From a virus (taxonomy: Duplodnaviria; Caudoviricetes), in the IMG/VR virus record IMGVR_UViG_3300027887_000043, positions 1 to 26,456 of that record: 26,456 nt of DNA; one strand, 5' to 3'. Under the pieces are notes generated by a model. That model did not search any database. It had not been told where the DNA came from and saw only the letters and a program-made list of their open reading frames with translations. The translations under genes were made by a program, and so were the position numbers. Below are positions 15,910-24,449 of this stretch, piece after piece (position 1 is the first letter of the stretch; every line of letters begins with the position of its first letter).

Positions 15910-16317
15910 TTAATCATCATCGTCATCATCATCGTCACTAGCTTTCTTGGGAGCAGGTGCAGTCTTAATAGCTTCCTTAGCTTCTTGCAAAATCTTACGC
16001 AATTCTTTTCCAGTAACAATCATTTCCTGTAGACAAGCACGAATATCCTTAATTGCACTCTTACTTCCCTTTTCCTTCACCTTTGTTTTGATTAGAGCTT
16101 TAGCAGTATCAAAAGCATCTTCAATTACTTCAAAGGTATCTTCAATTGCTTCCATGTTCTTCTTAGGAACAACGTAGATTACTCCAACAGGTCGCCCCTT
16201 TTGTTTTTCTTCCTTTTTAGATGCTTTCTTAGTTGCCTTCTCTTCACGCTCAACCTTACTCTTCTTCTTGGGAGCTTCTTCTTTAGCCGCTTTCTTCTTA
16301 GTTACAGGTCTTGCCAT
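15910..16317 (-). CDS. Hc1-like (histone H1-like) DNA-binding protein with Lys-rich N-tail and poly-Asp C-tail
   Basis: KGSKSAIKDIRACLQEMIVTGKELRK resembles the Hc1 KGNKAA..R.R....... K..RK helix; AAAGGA SD at MARPV. Confidence 0.65.
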   Translation of the reverse strand: MARPVTKKKAAKEEAPKKKSKVEREEKATKKASKKEEKQKGRPVGVIYVVPKKNMEAIEDTFEVIEDAFDTAKALIKTKVKEKGSKSAIKDIRACLQEMIVTGKELRKILQEAKEAIKTAPAPKKASDDDDDDDD

Positions 16318-16377
16318 TTTTTTAATCCTTTTCATCAAATTAGTTTAAGTTAGTAAGACAGTTTTAACTACATGCAA

Positions 16378-16581
16378 TTAAATATTGCTCATTCTATTAT
16401 CCTCCTTTTCTAAATTTTGTCTTAAACCATCAACAATTTGTCTAATTGCCATTGCTGGTGTTAAATGATCCCCTCCACGAATTACAAATGCAGGAGATTT
16501 TTTTGGGTCATCTAACCATTCTGCTATTTCTAACATTTCATTAATTCTTATTAATGCTTCAACATTTCTTACTACTGTCAC
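16378..16581 (-). CDS. hypothetical protein, 67 aa
   Basis: GTG start, GGAGG SD, GTGA overlap. Confidence 0.7.
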   Translation of the reverse strand: MTVVRNVEALIRINEMLEIAEWLDDPKKSPAFVIRGGDHLTPAMAIRQIVDGLRQNLEKEDNRMSNI

Positions 16582-16997
16582 AATTTGCCTCCAATGAATG
16601 GATGAGGATCTAAATTGAATAATCCTATTGGCCTATTTTTTTCTATATCAAATACTAAAACTTTACCTAAAGCACTTTTTCCCCTAAATTCTTTCAATAA
16701 AAAAAATTTAATTTCCTTGTTGTTTTCTTTGAAGTGATTAAAGTAAAGTAGTTCTATTTTTCCTGGTTCAAATATAGCGTAGTTATGGTTTAACACAGGC
16801 TTAACTTCCTTGTCAAGAGAAAAAGTTAAATCAGCCTCAAAAAAGTCAAATTTTTTGAAGGTGTAGTTTAACTTAGGGAATTTCTTGACAAAAAACTGAC
16901 AGAAATTTTTGTTATCTGTCAAAGCAAATCCTGAGTAGTAAAGTACATCCCCGGTATTAAATATGGTTTTCTTTTTAAGAATAACCTTTTTAGCCAT
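16578..16997 (-). CDS. hypothetical protein, 139 aa
   Basis: GAGGGA SD. Confidence 0.78.
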   Translation of the reverse strand: MAKKVILKKKTIFNTGDVLYYSGFALTDNKNFCQFFVKKFPKLNYTFKKFDFFEADLTFSLDKEVKPVLNHNYAIFEPGKIELLYFNHFKENNKEIKFFLLKEFRGKSALGKVLVFDIEKNRPIGLFNLDPHPFIGGKL

Positions 16998-16999
16998 AA

Positions 17000-17521
17000 C
17001 TAGTATCCCTCATTTAATCGGGCATCATCTCTTAGAGTATATCTTTCTTCTCTATAATCCCTGATTGCCTCTTTACCATAATCAACAAAATAATTACAAC
17101 TATAAGGATAAGGTCCGTAGTATTTTCTAATACTATAATAAATTAACTGTTTCCAAAACATTTTAGGATACCACTCATAACAAACATAATCATATTTCAC
17201 TGCGGCATAGGGAGGAATTTTGCAACATCCATATAGAACACTAACCCCTTGATGTCTATTTATTGGAGATTCCCCTATGTAATTTTCACAATATTCACAA
17301 GAACCTACTTTGTCAAGTACTTTTTTTAGCTTATCAAAATGTTTATCAATATCAACAAGTTGTAAAATATTAGCTTTAACGAAAAGGTTAATTTTTTGAC
17401 CAAATTTAACTTTTCTTTCAGCACTGAAACGATTTCTACACCATTGTTGAATAACTTCTATCTGTAAATCTTTTCTATCAATTTCTCGATATCGTTGTCT
17501 TAGACTATTGAATGGAAACAT
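17000..17521 (-). CDS. hypothetical protein with Cys cluster (CEYC...CC...C)
   Basis: AAGGAG SD; packed ORF. Confidence 0.78.
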   Translation of the reverse strand: MFPFNSLRQRYREIDRKDLQIEVIQQWCRNRFSAERKVKFGQKINLFVKANILQLVDIDKHFDKLKKVLDKVGSCEYCENYIGESPINRHQGVSVLYGCCKIPPYAAVKYDYVCYEWYPKMFWKQLIYYSIRKYYGPYPYSCNYFVDYGKEAIRDYREERYTLRDDARLNEGY

Positions 17522-17524
17522 GAT

Positions 17525-19291
17525 CTACTCCTTTTCAGCTTTATCAGGATTGAGTCTATCATATTCTTCTTGAATTTTATCCTCTTTTTTCTTTCTGGCA
17601 AGCAAAACTTTCTTTGGAGTACCAAAATCCAAATCACCAGTATCTTCGATCATTTGTCCGTAATAGTTGATTAAGTTGTCTTTCTTAGTTAAGTATGCGA
17701 GAGTAGGTCTAAAATTACGTCCACTTTTAAATTTGCGTAAAAATTCAAAAAACGATTTTAAATATTCTTCAACACGCATACCACCAACATGATTAGTTTG
17801 ATGTTCATCTACTAAGAAATCAATCCAATCAACAAAAGCAGAATAATTAGTAGTGATTTCTCGATTAGCTAATTTTTTGTTTCCTCCATAAAAATATTCA
17901 GAAAACAAATTAGTAACTCGTTCAGAGGTTAATTTGAAATCAGTAGTTTTGACAAATACTTCTTGCCGTGCTTCTTCTTGAGACTTCAAACAAATATTAA
18001 ACCAAGGTCTAGTTCTAGAAGTATTGAACAGGAAATCATTTAAGGGATCAAGATTCTTTCTTTTACGTTTTAATTGTCCATGACTTTTGGCAAATAATGA
18101 AAAGTTATCAATAGCTTTCATACATTTAACAATACTAATTTTATTTGAATGAAGTCTATAAGTTAAAGCTAATTTTAGGTGAGCAAAACTTTGACTAGTT
18201 ACTCGTGGAGATTTTTTAGCAAGATGGTTATTATCAACAGCATTCCAATAATTTAAAAATTTCCAGATATCCTTCTCATCAATAGGATAAACATTATTGT
18301 CTCGAACATAGTCTAAAGCTTCCTGCAAGAATCTATGTAATTCAACCTTAGTGTATAATTTTGAATCTTTTACTCCATAATCAGCAGCAGTAATCTGTAT
18401 ATCAGTTTTCAATTTATATCTTTTACTAGTCAAAGGTTTATTAGCTATCAAGATTCTTTCTTGTTTTAATTCTGCTGCTTTTTGTTTGGCTGTTTTATAT
18501 TTACTGTTAATAGTTAGCTTTAGTCTTTTACTAGTCATCTTTGCCTGCTCCTTATAATCTTGAAAAAAGGGATCACAGCGCGATGCATTTTCGCGCCTTG
18601 TATAGTTTACTGCGTATGCAGTAAACATACAAAGATAGTCTATTGGTTGTATAGTGTAGTGTATAGGTAGTTTATAGTAGGGGCTTGCAGATATTTGAAT
18701 TCCTTGATCTTTTGGGATTACGCGATAACCCTTTGGTGTTAAACGATAACCCTTTGGTGTTAAACGATAACCCCCCTTACTATTTTTGACACCGTATTTT
18801 TTATCATAAACGATAACCCCCTTCGTAAACGATAACCCCTCTTCAGAGGAAGTAAATGTTAGTTCTATTCTATATATCCTATAATCAAAATCAGGAATTA
18901 TTTCTTTGAGTTTCTTGCAAAAATTGGGTGGAGCAAGGTAATAGCGTTTTTCAGAGAATGTGCGGTCATTTCCCTCAAATTCAAATCTTGATGGAAGACC
19001 AATTAGAAGCATACCCATATTTTGTGTAATTAATTTCAAACTATTACTTATTCTTGGTACAGATGTTTTGAAATACCCGGCTAATTCTTTTTCTGAATAA
19101 TACCATTTACGTTTTTCTGTTACTGAACCTTTTATTGAGTTTAAAATTTTCTCAATTGTAGTTCCCCATCTCTTGAAATATTTCCAAGAGGATTTTCTGA
19201 TATTGCTTTCGGAAAAGAAGGGGGAATTAGGATTATTGATTTCTTCTTCCCAATAGGATTCTAATGATTGTATTATATTGTAATAATCCAC
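17525..19291 (-). CDS. putative replication initiator (N-terminal HTH-like segment, internal iterons), 588 aa
   Basis: YSEKELAGYFKTSVPRISNSLKLI is HTH-like; iteron cluster inside the gene as in lambda O-type initiators; GTG start with GGGAAAGG SD. Confidence 0.65.
   Translation of the reverse strand: MDYYNIIQSLESYWEEEINNPNSPFFSESNIRKSSWKYFKRWGTTIEKILNSIKGSVTEKRKWYYSEKELAGYFKTSVPRISNSLKLITQNMGMLLIGLPSRFEFEGNDRTFSEKRYYLAPPNFCKKLKEIIPDFDYRIYRIELTFTSSEEGLSFTKGVIVYDKKYGVKNSKGGYRLTPKGYRLTPKGYRVIPKDQGIQISASPYYKLPIHYTIQPIDYLCMFTAYAVNYTRRENASRCDPFFQDYKEQAKMTSKRLKLTINSKYKTAKQKAAELKQERILIANKPLTSKRYKLKTDIQITAADYGVKDSKLYTKVELHRFLQEALDYVRDNNVYPIDEKDIWKFLNYWNAVDNNHLAKKSPRVTSQSFAHLKLALTYRLHSNKISIVKCMKAIDNFSLFAKSHGQLKRKRKNLDPLNDFLFNTSRTRPWFNICLKSQEEARQEVFVKTTDFKLTSERVTNLFSEYFYGGNKKLANREITTNYSAFVDWIDFLVDEHQTNHVGGMRVEEYLKSFFEFLRKFKSGRNFRPTLAYLTKKDNLINYYGQMIEDTGDLDFGTPKKVLLARKKKEDKIQEEYDRLNPDKAEKE
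18723..18838. repeat. iteron cluster, putative replication origin
   Basis: Five CGATAACCC cores (18723, 18744, 18765, 18811, 18830), four as TAAACGATAACCC; the first three have a 21-bp period. Confidence 0.8.
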
Positions 19292-19332
19292 TCAGCTTTT
19301 CCTTTCCCAATTTATTTTTTATTCGTTGGCTA

Positions 19333-19362
19333 AGTGTCTCATAAAATTGGATATTTTGTCAA
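19333..19362 (-). promoter_or_regulatory. promoter for the initiator-like gene
   Basis: TTGACA (19362-19357) N18 GACACT with TGn. Confidence 0.55.
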
Positions 19363-19373
19363 GAGTTAAGAAC

Positions 19374-19403
19374 TTGACACTTTGTTTCTTTTTTTGTTAT
19401 TCT
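19374..19403 (+). promoter_or_regulatory. divergent sigma70-type promoter with no downstream ORF
   Basis: TTGACA-N18-TATTCT with TGn; back-to-back with the minus-strand -35. Confidence 0.65.
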
Positions 19404-19409
19404 TATTTT

Positions 19410-19486
19410 GCCTTTCCCAAGGTTGTTTATTTTTTTCCCTCCACCTAAACCCTAATGAGTCCTCCTGCTCATTAGGGTTTTCCTTT
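19410..19486 (+). ncRNA. putative ~75-nt C/U-rich small RNA complementary to the initiator SD region
   Basis: Bounded by promoter 19374-19403 and hairpin 19447-19480; 19411-19420 = 19301-19310 and 19426-19435 = 19311-19320. Confidence 0.5.
19447..19486. terminator. bidirectional intrinsic terminator
   Basis: AAACCCTAATGAG-N8-CTCATTAGGGTTT perfect 13-bp stem. Confidence 0.8.
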
Positions 19487-19877
19487 ATTCCTCCATAAAA
19501 TCTTTAAATACCTCATAAAACCTCCTTATTTCCTTGGTAATAAATCGTTTTTTTACTTTTACAAACGGGGGTTTATCTGTTTCACCAGAATAATAGGCAA
19601 TGAACCATTTAATGATAAATTTGACAAATTCTTCCATTGTCCAAATACGATCACGATCAATATCACTTAAAATATTCTGTAATTCTAGAAAATCTTTTAT
19701 ATCAATACCAGCAAAGACCGGATAACGCTTTTCTCTGGTTTCAAAATAATATTGTAGTTGTGATTTAGTTTTTGGTTCTTCATCTTTGACTAATTTCTCT
19801 AATAATTTTATTCGGTTAAGATAGGTTGTCTCTGTTCTTTTTCTATTTAGGGCTTTGGGTAGGGTACTTTCTCTCAT
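19485..19877 (-). CDS. hypothetical protein, 130 aa (start MREST); C-terminal half possibly ribbon-helix-helix-like
   Basis: AAGGA SD; strand-helix-helix pattern by eye (RYPVFAGID...LELQNIL...TMEEFVKFIIKWF). Confidence 0.7.
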   Translation of the reverse strand: MRESTLPKALNRKRTETTYLNRIKLLEKLVKDEEPKTKSQLQYYFETREKRYPVFAGIDIKDFLELQNILSDIDRDRIWTMEEFVKFIIKWFIAYYSGETDKPPFVKVKKRFITKEIRRFYEVFKDFMEE

Positions 19878-19912
19878 AAAATTTTCCTTGTACTTTTGTT
19901 CTTGTATTGTTA

Positions 19913-19921
19913 TGGTATAAT
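19913..19921 (+). promoter_or_regulatory. extended -10 promoter for the packaging operon
   Basis: TGgTATAAT with no recognisable -35. Confidence 0.5.
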
Positions 19922-19958
19922 TCAATCTGAAACCAAAACTCATGGAGGGACTTCTAAT

Positions 19959-20507
19959 ATGAAAAGACTAAAGTTAAAAGTATCTAAAAATGGTAAGGAT
20001 CAACCTTATCATGGGGAAAGTATCTCTGTCAAGGGAAAAAGTAATGAGTTTGTTAAGTCTAAGATAGTTTTTTATTTAACTAAGGGATTAGATATAAATG
20101 ATGCTTGCAAACTTGCTGATTGTTCCGATAAAAAATTTAAACAATTCAGATTAGACCCTGATTTTGAAGATATAATTCAAAAGAGTTTTGCTGAGAATGA
20201 ATTAGAACATATTGATAATATTGGTACTGCTGGAAGTAAAGGATTTTGGCAAGCTTCTGCTTGGTATTTAGAAAGAAGATTTCCTGAGAAATATGGTAGA
20301 AAAGATACAGTTGTTCATGAATATCGCATTAAAATGCAAACCTTACAAAGAGTGTTTTTGGAAGTATTAGATGAAGTTGATCCTAATCTTAGATATAAAG
20401 TTTTAAATAGATTGCGTAGTTATAAATTTGATGGTTCTGCTGCTTTAGTAGGAGATTTTTCTTTAAAAAAACTACTTCCTTCCCCGGATGATGTTGTAGA
20501 TATTTAA
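19959..20507 (+). CDS. terS: terminase small subunit (start MKRLK)
   Basis: HTH-like GLDINDACKLADCS, WQASAWYLERRFPEKYG motif, directly upstream of TerL; GGAGG SD. Confidence 0.75.
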   Translation: MKRLKLKVSKNGKDQPYHGESISVKGKSNEFVKSKIVFYLTKGLDINDACKLADCSDKKFKQFRLDPDFEDIIQKSFAENELEHIDNIGTAGSKGFWQASAWYLERRFPEKYGRKDTVVHEYRIKMQTLQRVFLEVLDEVDPNLRYKVLNRLRSYKFDGSAALVGDFSLKKLLPSPDDVVDI

Positions 20508-20519
20508 TGGAGATTACTT

Positions 20520-22070
20520 ATGCCTGTTGCAGCAAATATATTAAATGCTGATTTAAAAACATTTGTGGAAGAAAATATAAAAGAAGTATGTTGTCAAATT
20601 GGTGCTGATGCTAGACCTACTTTACCAAAACATCCTGAATTTTTTATTCAAAAGATAATGAAAGATAAAAATGGAGGATATTATAAGAACGAAGCAGTCC
20701 ATAATGCTATGCACCAATTTAGGAGAAGAGCACATAGAAATGGTTTTAAAAAAATATTAGTTCTTGGTCTATTTGGACATGGGAAGTCGGAGCAGTTATG
20801 TATTGGTTTGTGTTTGTATTTAATTGCGAAAGATCCTAATATACGAATAAAGATTGTTCATGTTAGTGATGATGAAGCTACTAACCGTGTTAGAGCTATT
20901 AAAGATTATATTGATAAAGATGAAGATTTTAAGAATATATGTCCACATGTTATACCTACAAACATTTGGGGTTCCAAAAAATTATTTGTAAAACGTGATT
21001 TTACCTCGAAAGACCCCACTGTTCAAGCCTTTTCGGTTATGTCGGCATCAATTGGTGGTCGTGCTGATGTTCTTATATTTGATGATCCCCAAGATTATAA
21101 AACAGCAGTTATTGAACCGACTACTAGAGAAAATATAGAAAATATATTTAAAAATATTTGGATGAGTCGTTTGGCTACTGATGGTGATGTTGAAACTATA
21201 GTGATGATGAATAAATGGCACGAAAATGACCTTGCTAGTTTTTTGATGAAAAATTCTATGTGGGCATGGATGCAAATTGGTGTGAATGAGGATAAAGAAA
21301 GCCTTTTTTATGAAGACTCTTTTGGATTAAAGCGGGATATTCCCTTATGGAGTAAATTTGGTAAACAAGAATTAATTAATAGGCATATTGAGTTAGGAGA
21401 TAGAGATTATAATCGGGGTTATCGACTCATTGCCTATTCAGATAGTGATAAAACTTTTCCAAATTTTGCAAAATGTATCCAATATGGTGTAAAACCTATA
21501 AGACTGATTGACGATCCGCGTGATTGGATCTTTGTGGGTGGAGTGGATTTTTCAGGTGCTCAACGTCCGGGTACAGCATTAACAATTTTAGCAGTACATA
21601 GACAAACTGGAAAAAAGATTCCTGTTGAATTGAGAGCATATTCGGGAAGTATTGGTTTAGCTGAAGGACTTGTAGAAACTTGGCGACAATATGGTATTGA
21701 ACTATTTAAAGCAGAAAATAATGCAACTCAGTCGGCCATCATTGATATGCTAACCACTAAATTAGGAGAAAGGGAATTTCAAAAGTACAATATTAAGATT
21801 GAAGGGTTTCAAACTGGTAGGAATAAAGCTGATCCATTAGTTGGTTTACCTGCTATTCAAAAAGAGATGGAAAATAACGAATGGATATTTTGTTTTGATA
21901 GACAATTTACTACTGATGATGATCCTGAAAAAAATTTATGGTATCGGTTTTATTTAGAAATGTTGAATCATCCATTTTATGTTACTTCTGACTTTACAAT
22001 GAGTTTGTGGTTTGCTAGAGCATGTGCAATTGATCTAATTAGAACAGGAAAAGGACCAAATATTTATTAA
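20520..22070 (+). CDS. terL: terminase large subunit
   Basis: Walker A GHGKS, Walker B GGRADVLIFDDP, KWHENDL, RNase H-like GGVDFS and AENNA. Confidence 0.92.
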   Translation: MPVAANILNADLKTFVEENIKEVCCQIGADARPTLPKHPEFFIQKIMKDKNGGYYKNEAVHNAMHQFRRRAHRNGFKKILVLGLFGHGKSEQLCIGLCLYLIAKDPNIRIKIVHVSDDEATNRVRAIKDYIDKDEDFKNICPHVIPTNIWGSKKLFVKRDFTSKDPTVQAFSVMSASIGGRADVLIFDDPQDYKTAVIEPTTRENIENIFKNIWMSRLATDGDVETIVMMNKWHENDLASFLMKNSMWAWMQIGVNEDKESLFYEDSFGLKRDIPLWSKFGKQELINRHIELGDRDYNRGYRLIAYSDSDKTFPNFAKCIQYGVKPIRLIDDPRDWIFVGGVDFSGAQRPGTALTILAVHRQTGKKIPVELRAYSGSIGLAEGLVETWRQYGIELFKAENNATQSAIIDMLTTKLGEREFQKYNIKIEGFQTGRNKADPLVGLPAIQKEMENNEWIFCFDRQFTTDDDPEKNLWYRFYLEMLNHPFYVTSDFTMSLWFARACAIDLIRTGKGPNIY

Positions 22071-22116
22071 AATTTGCAAAACCAGTTTATGACTGAAGTG
22101 CAAATTAGGAGAAAAC

Positions 22117-24048
22117 ATGAAGATTGGCCCAATTGAAGTATATTGGCACAAGGGGAAAAAGTCATATAGTGATTTAGTAACTATTTTAAACCGAGAAAAA
22201 GGAAATCCTTCTTTTGATCCTAGAACAAATGTAAATTCTCAATTAAGTGAATATAAAAGTTGGACTGCTACTTGTGTTTCTTTAATTAAAGACCGTGTTG
22301 GACAAATTCCTTATAAATTTTATTTAAAAGATTCTGATTCAGAAGTAACAAGTAATAAACATGGTTATAAAGATTTTACTAAACCTTTTTTTAATCCAAA
22401 TCCATTAATGTCCTTCCAGTTTATTAAACAATTCTGCCAAATTCAATTAGATTTATGTGGTATGGCAATAATTTACAAAGCTAAAAATGCTTTGGGACAA
22501 GTGTGGGAACTTTGGCCTTTAAATATGAATAATTTTATGGGTACTTATGATCCTAGTGGAAAACCCATAGAAATGTCTACTCAAATACTTCCAAGTGATG
22601 TTTTTTATTCATTTGATTTTAATGGTAGTAATTATATGTTTAGTAGTACTGAATTAGTGGTACTATATTATCCCCATCCAAAAAATCCTTTTCTTTCTGC
22701 TTCACCAATACAACAACAAGCATACGGTGTAGATATCCAACAATATGTAGAAATTTATGAAAGGGATTTTTTTGCTAATTCTGCTAGAATAGATATGGTA
22801 TTGAGTACTGAGTTGCCTATTGATGAAAAGAAAGCAGTAGAATTAAAAGAAAGGTGGTTAGAGAAATATGGTTTTGCTAGAACAGGTAGATTTAATGATA
22901 TCGCTGTTTTAGATTCAGGTTTAAAGCCTATTCCGATGAAATGGACAAACAAAGATTTTGAATTTATGGAATTGGCTAAATGGACTAAAGAAATGATTTT
23001 TGGTGCTTATAGGATTCCTGCAAGTAAGGTAGGAAGTTCTAATTCTGAAAATAGACAAAATTCTGTTTATGTAGATATTAATTTTAATACAGATTGTATT
23101 GCTCCTAGATTAAGTATGTGGGATATTGAATTAACTAAAGAAGTATTAATTAGTTTTGATCCTAAAATTGAAATCAGACATGATAATCCTATTCCTAGAG
23201 ATCGACAAATAGAAGTACAAGAGGGTAGAATTTACATGGCTGGATTTCCTTCTATGACTCCTGATGAATTTAGAAAGAGGGTACATAATCTTCCCCCTAT
23301 TGAGGGTGGAGATAAATTGTATGTTCCTAGTAGCTTTATTCCATTAGATAAATTAGATAAATATGTTGATTCTAATATAAAGAGAAATACTGCACCTAAA
23401 CCTGCAAAAGATCCAAATGATACTGATCCTTCTAGACATGATGGGGATACTCCTAATACTAATCCTGATGGTTCTGATGATAGAGATACATTACCTACTT
23501 CGGGGAGAATGTTAATTAATCTTCTTACAGAAACTTTTGCTTTTGAATTTTATTTGAGAAATGCTTGGAATGTAGGAATAATGAAGTATTTTGAAAATTT
23601 AGAATTTACTGAGGCAAATTTAGTTGATTTATTTAAATTTCTTTGTAAGTCTAGTGTTAATCTATACATTAAGTATAGAAAAGAAGGATTTACAATAGAA
23701 AATAATAAATGGATTGATGATTATTGTGTTAAAATATCTAGTGAAGTTTTTAAAATGGTTAATCCCTCAGATTTTAAAAGTATTACTGACATTTTTAACA
23801 CTAATCCAAGAATTTCCAAAATTTGCAATACGGCAGTAAGATCGTGTATTAATAATGCTAAGTTTCTTATATTAGTGGAACATGGAACAGAAAAAAAATG
23901 GGTATGTAACTCAAATGAGTGTGGACATCGGGGAAGAATTAAAGATTTTGCTGTTGGTAATAATGAAAAATTTAAAATAGGTAATTCTGAAGTTGATTGG
24001 CCGGGACAGGTATTTAATCTGGCTTGTGATTGTACTCTTGATATTTGA
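22117..24048 (+). CDS. HK97-family portal protein with C-terminal MuF-like extension
   Basis: ELWPL, SPIQ, FFAN, VLDSGL, IFGAYRIP, MTPDEFR..HNLPPIEGGD; tail KKW...F.IG....WPG...CDCTL. Confidence 0.9.
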   Translation: MKIGPIEVYWHKGKKSYSDLVTILNREKGNPSFDPRTNVNSQLSEYKSWTATCVSLIKDRVGQIPYKFYLKDSDSEVTSNKHGYKDFTKPFFNPNPLMSFQFIKQFCQIQLDLCGMAIIYKAKNALGQVWELWPLNMNNFMGTYDPSGKPIEMSTQILPSDVFYSFDFNGSNYMFSSTELVVLYYPHPKNPFLSASPIQQQAYGVDIQQYVEIYERDFFANSARIDMVLSTELPIDEKKAVELKERWLEKYGFARTGRFNDIAVLDSGLKPIPMKWTNKDFEFMELAKWTKEMIFGAYRIPASKVGSSNSENRQNSVYVDINFNTDCIAPRLSMWDIELTKEVLISFDPKIEIRHDNPIPRDRQIEVQEGRIYMAGFPSMTPDEFRKRVHNLPPIEGGDKLYVPSSFIPLDKLDKYVDSNIKRNTAPKPAKDPNDTDPSRHDGDTPNTNPDGSDDRDTLPTSGRMLINLLTETFAFEFYLRNAWNVGIMKYFENLEFTEANLVDLFKFLCKSSVNLYIKYRKEGFTIENNKWIDDYCVKISSEVFKMVNPSDFKSITDIFNTNPRISKICNTAVRSCINNAKFLILVEHGTEKKWVCNSNECGHRGRIKDFAVGNNEKFKIGNSEVDWPGQVFNLACDCTLDI

Positions 24049-24063
24049 TGGGAGATTATATGG

Positions 24064-24438
24064 ATGAAAACACCACGTTTACAAACAGTTCAAATAGATT
24101 TATATGATTGTACTAAACTTCCTAGAACGGTTGAAGATACCAATGATTTTTTAACCAATTTAGTTGCTTTTGTAGGAATGAGGATTATTCCTGAAAATAT
24201 AATTGGAAATGGAAATCCCCATTCTTTTTATTTTGATGTGAAAAAGTTATGTCTTCCTGATATTGAAGCAGGAATTACCGGAACAGTTACTTTATTTGAA
24301 AGTCATGCGGCGATACATACTTGGTTTGATATGGATTTTGCTTGTGTAGTTCTTACTTCTTGTAAACAGTATATTCCTGATGCTGTTGCTGAATTTTGTA
24401 GAAAATATTTTGGTGCAAATATTTGGGAAATTTCATAA
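24064..24438 (+). CDS. speD: S-adenosylmethionine decarboxylase proenzyme (class I, pyruvoyl)
   Basis: GITG...LFESHAAIHTW...TSCK, containing the Glu-Ser self-cleavage site. Confidence 0.85.
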   Translation: MKTPRLQTVQIDLYDCTKLPRTVEDTNDFLTNLVAFVGMRIIPENIIGNGNPHSFYFDVKKLCLPDIEAGITGTVTLFESHAAIHTWFDMDFACVVLTSCKQYIPDAVAEFCRKYFGANIWEIS

Positions 24439-24449
24439 GGAGAAAATTA

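Noticed and set aside
167-16177. Small plus-strand track ORFs opposite the minus-strand blocks (e.g. 167, 816, 1952, 9565, 14256, 15947)
   Set aside because: Antisense to densely packed SD-bearing genes and have no SD of their own that I could see
18711-18780. KGYRLTP peptide repeat as a functional protein motif
   Set aside because: By-product of DNA iterons that are read in other frames nearby
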